A stretch of DNA of 64,000 nucleotides from Rhynchobatus australiae. Its lineage: Eukaryota. The notes beneath the pieces were generated by a model that saw only the letters and a program-made list of their open reading frames with translations, did not search any database and had not been told where the DNA came from. The translations under genes and the position numbers were made by a program. This document shows, one piece after another, positions 60,140 through 64,000 of the stretch (its first letter is position 1; every line of letters begins with the position of its first letter). Location: the NCBI GenBank assembly GCA_034780895.1, contig JAUZTB010000065.1:16126284-16190283 (forward strand). The letters run 5' to 3'.

Positions 60140-60720
60140 TTGCTTTTTAAAATGTAATTTACTGGATATGGGCATCCCAAGCAATGCTCTTCTATTGGCC
60201 TTCCCTGATGGCACTTGAGAAGATAATGGCAGGCCATTTTCTTGCATCACAGTGGTCTTTCAAGATTTCAGGATTTGGACCCAGCAATGAACAGGTTATT
60301 ATTGAGTAAGTATCTCTTGACTGTGCTGTCGATAATAATTTCCATCATTTTGTTAATGGTTGAGAGCAGATGTGGTGCAGGAATAAGCCATATTTTATTA
60401 ATCTTGATTTTTGTAAACAGGACATACTACAGGTGACAGGTAGATGCCAGGGTTGTATTCACATTATACATCTTGGCGAGAAGCACAGTAGTTCTGGAGC
60501 ACATGCCAAAAGGAACACTACAGCTGGGATGTTATCTGGTCCCGTAGCTTTTGATCCATCCAGCACTCTCAGCCTTTTCTTCGTAAAACGTGAAGTGAAC
60601 TGGATTGACTAAAGACTGGCTTCTGTGACTGTGGGGATGTCATAACAGAGCCCAGATCACTTACCTGGCACTTTTTCTGGAGATGATTGCAGATGTTTCA
60701 GCCTTGTTGTTCTCCTTTGC
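60140..60720 (-). mobile_element. LINE ORF2 fragment, same family as 2500-3890
   Basis: Minus-strand translation near 60520-60635 reads PTVTEASL*SIQFTSRFTKKRLRVLDGSKATGPDNIPAVVF (pre-RT KA.GPD.IP motif). Confidence 0.65.
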
Positions 60721-61889
60721 TGCTACATTGTAATGAAAGGAGGCAGGGACTAATTGTGTCAACCAAGCTCTCTGCCTCCATAAAGTCATGCTGTTTTATA
60801 CCCTAACTGACTATGTGCTTTGACAACCCTTTAACTGTTGATATGTTTGTGAAAGGCTTTGAGTTCCTTTTATGTTCATTGCTAAACTGACAGGATTTCC
60901 ACTCCTGACCATCTATACACTGCATTCTCTTCTTTCATCTCACTCACTCCGTAGTTTTGTATTAGGATTGACTCATCACAATATTATATACCTTACCAGA
61001 GCCACGTAGAGGCAGATGAGAATGAATTATTCCCTTTACATTGTGTGTGATTCGCTGTCTGTGTATGGGTGCTATTGTTGTTTAACTGGTATTCCTGCAT
61101 TTTGTTGTAGACAAAAATTAGCTGTAGCAAGTGGTGGGATTGTTACAACAGGTTCTTGCTTTTGATCCATCTATTTTACCTATAGGTGTGCAGTCCAAGA
61201 GAATGGGTCTACTGTTGGATAGTGGAATGTGCATGAAGAACAGATTGAGGGATTTGCACAGTAATAATTTTCAGAGCTTATAATAGAAAAAATGTATTTT
61301 GACATTTGAAATTGTTTGATTTATTCACATGATTGTGATTCATTCCTGACCCTCGACCCTGATATTATCAATTGTTTAGAACTGCAGCATCCTGAAATGA
61401 TTTAGACCAACTCATTATCAAGACCAAAGTAATTGCTTTGCACCTGTGGTTGAGAAGCTGTGTCTTCTGCTGGCAACTAAAAAATATTCTGACTTAATGT
61501 GAAACATCTAGGTTTTTGTTTTATTCTTTGTGTGGAGGGCAGCATTATCAAGTCTGCAAACTAGTAGATCATGTTGAGGAGAGTTTCAGAATTCAAGGGT
61601 TTTTTAAAGATTCACTGAATATGTGAACCTCTGTAAGGACAGTATTAATTAAACGTCTCTNNNNNNNNNNNNNNNNNNNNNNNNNNNNNNNNNNNNNNNN
61701 NNNNNNNNNNNNNNNNNNNNNNNNNNNNNNNNNNNNNNNNNNNNNNNNNNNNNNNNNNNNNNNNNNNNNNNNNNNNNNNNNNNNNNNNNNNNNNNNNNNN
61801 NNNNNNNNNNNNNNNNNNNNNNNNNNNNNNNNNNNNNNNNNNNNNNNNNNNNNNNNNNNNNNNNNNNNNNNNNNNNNNNNNNNNNNNNN

Positions 61890-63057
61890 AGGGTGGTTTA
61901 ATTTAAGAAGGGCTACAAGGACAAGCCAGGGAACTATAAGCCAGTGAACCTAACACATACTGGAGGGGATTCTATCTACATTTAGAAAGGCAAGGACTAA
62001 TTAGGAATGGTCAGCATGGCTTTGTGCTTGGGAAATGGTGTCTTATGAATTTGATTGAGTTTTTTGAAGAGGATTGACAAGGGCAGGGCAGTAGAGGTTG
62101 TCTACATGGAGACATCAGCAAGGCTTTTGACAAGGTCTTGTAGGCTGGTCTGGAAGTTAGATTATATGGCATCCTGACTCAGCCAGCCAATTGGATGCAA
62201 AATTGGTTTGGTGGTAGGAGGTAGAGGGTGGGAGTGGAGGGGTATTTTCCAGATTGGAGGCCTGTGACCGGCGGTGTGCCGCAGGGATCGGTACTGGGTC
62301 CATGTTGTTCATCATCTATATTAACCATTTGGATGAGAATGCACGTGGCTTGTTCAGTAAGTTTGCGGGTGACACCAAAATTGGTGGTGTGGTGGACACT
62401 GATGAAGGATACAGCTACAACACGATCTAGCTTAACTGGGAAAGTGACCAAAGGAAGAGCAGATTGAATTTAACTCAGATAAGTGCGAAGTTAGGCTGCT
62501 CTGGTTAGGCCACATCTGGAGTGTTGCATTCAATTCTGCTCGCCCCATTATAGGATGTGGAGGCTTCAGAGAGGGCGCAGGTGAGGTTCACCATGATGCC
62601 TGGATTAGAGGGGATGTGCTATAAGGAGAGGTTGGACAAACTTGGGTTGTTTTCTCTGGAGTGGCGGAGGCTGAGGGGAGATCTGATAGAGGTTTATAAG
62701 ATTATGAGAGGCATAGAGCAGATGGACAGTATCTTTTCCTCAGAGTTGAAATGTCTAATACCAGAGGGCATGCATTTAAGGTGATAGGAGGTAAGTTCAA
62801 AGAAGATGTGTGGGGCAAGTTTTTTACACACAGTGGTGGGTGCCTGGAATGCACTGCCTGGGGTGGTGGTGGAGGCAAATACATAGGGGTGTTCAAGAAA
62901 CACTTAGATTGGCACATGAATGCGATGGAAATGGTAGGATATGGACATTGTGTAGGCAGAAGGGATTAGTTTAGTTGGGCAATATATTACAAATGTCATT
63001 GGTTCAGCATAACATTGTGGGCTGAAGGGCCTCTTCCTGTGCTGTATGTTCTATGTT
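61890..63057 (+). mobile_element. CR1/HER1 LINE RT and 3' end
   Basis: KKGYKDKPGNYKPVNLT, QHGFVLGK, KAFDKV, DWRPVTGGVPQGSVLGP, KFAGDTKIGGVV and ERLDKLGLFSLEWRRLRGDLIEVYKIMRG, with tail GGGCTGAAGGGCCTCTTCCTGTGCTGTATGTTCTATG. Confidence 0.92.
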
Positions 63058-63464
63058 AAGATTTGCAAATAAAGTTCATTGCAGAGAATTGTGAATCATA
63101 CACATTGGGAGGATAGATGTGGAAAGAGGTCATGCCAAAAATGGTCGATTCCAAAGAGTGTAGTGAACTGAGAGACTTTGGGGCCAGATACACAAATCCC
63201 TTATTGTGACAGTTCATGTTGCCACAATAGGTGAAAAATGGAGGTTATTTGCATTTATAAGTAGACTATAAAAGCAAAGAAATTTTATAAGAGCACTTTG
63301 TAGATCAATCCTAGTATTATTGGCAATTAAAGAACACCCCATATTAAGAGTGTACAGGGAAGGGTTATTGGGTTATAACTGGGGATGCAGGACTTGAGAT
63401 ATCACGACAGATCGGAAAGTGTTATCACTGTTCTTGGATGAGAAAAAGTGACTTAAATCATATT

Positions 63465-63960
63465 TAAAATCCCCAGATTGATTCCTGGGATGGCAGATTT
63501 GTGATATGAGGACAGAATAAGCAAACTAGGCCTATGCTCTCCTGTGTTTAGAAGAATGAGGGGTGAACTCATTGAAACACAAAATTCTTGTGGAGCTTGA
63601 CAGGAGAATTGATATTTCCTCTGACTGGGGAAACCGGGGATCATGGTCTCATTTAGAACCAGGAATCATGGTCTTAAAATAAAAAAGTTGTCAATTGAGG
63701 ACAGAGATGAGAAGAAATGTCTTCATTGAGAGGACCGTGAATCTTTTGAATTCTCTAACTGAGAGGGTTATGGAAACTTACTGAGTGTATTCAACACAAA
63801 GATCAATAAATTTTTAAATATTAGGGGAACCAAGAAATATAGGGTTAGTGTAGAAAAGTGGCACTGAGGTAAAAGATCACAGACAATCTTATTGGATAGT
63901 AGATCAGGTACAAGGAGTATATTGGCCGATTCCTTTTTTTTGTCCTCGTGTTCTAATGTT
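63465..63960 (+). mobile_element. CR1-type LINE 3' end
   Basis: LIPGMADL*YEDRISKLGLCSPVFRRMRGELIET, GAGGACAGAGATGAGAAGAAATGTCTTC, and tail. Confidence 0.75.
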
Positions 63961-64000
63961 GTTTTGCTGATGAGAAATTTTATTATAATCAGTAGAAAAA

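Overview
Vertebrate genomic DNA from a draft assembly with many N gaps. It is AT-rich and CpG-depleted, and the repeat content (HE1/V-SINE-like SINEs, HER1/CR1 LINEs, Deu-domain SINEs, Penelope-like elements) points to a shark or ray (inference). Two protein-coding genes lie head-to-head about 15 kb apart. RBM15 (35276-37753, minus) is an uninterrupted 825-aa ORF with 3 RRMs and a SPOC domain. KCNC4/Kv3.4 is represented by its first coding exon (53087-53725, plus; N-type inactivation peptide and T1 domain), and the following intron runs off the window. The rest is intergenic, intronic or UTR sequence with decayed transposons. The best second-look items are a ~2.2 kb degenerate ~58-bp tandem array that seems to have expanded inside a SINE in the KCNC4 intron, an adjacent 81-nt near-perfect hairpin, dispersed Penelope-derived copies of a minimal hammerhead-ribozyme motif, a three-layer nested insertion, a CpG-rich patch in a TE-free tract downstream of RBM15, and possible leaky scanning that would remove the Kv3.4 inactivation ball. 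I found no clearly new multi-gene system. Family assignments are from recalled consensus sequences, not database searches, and repeat boundaries are approximate.
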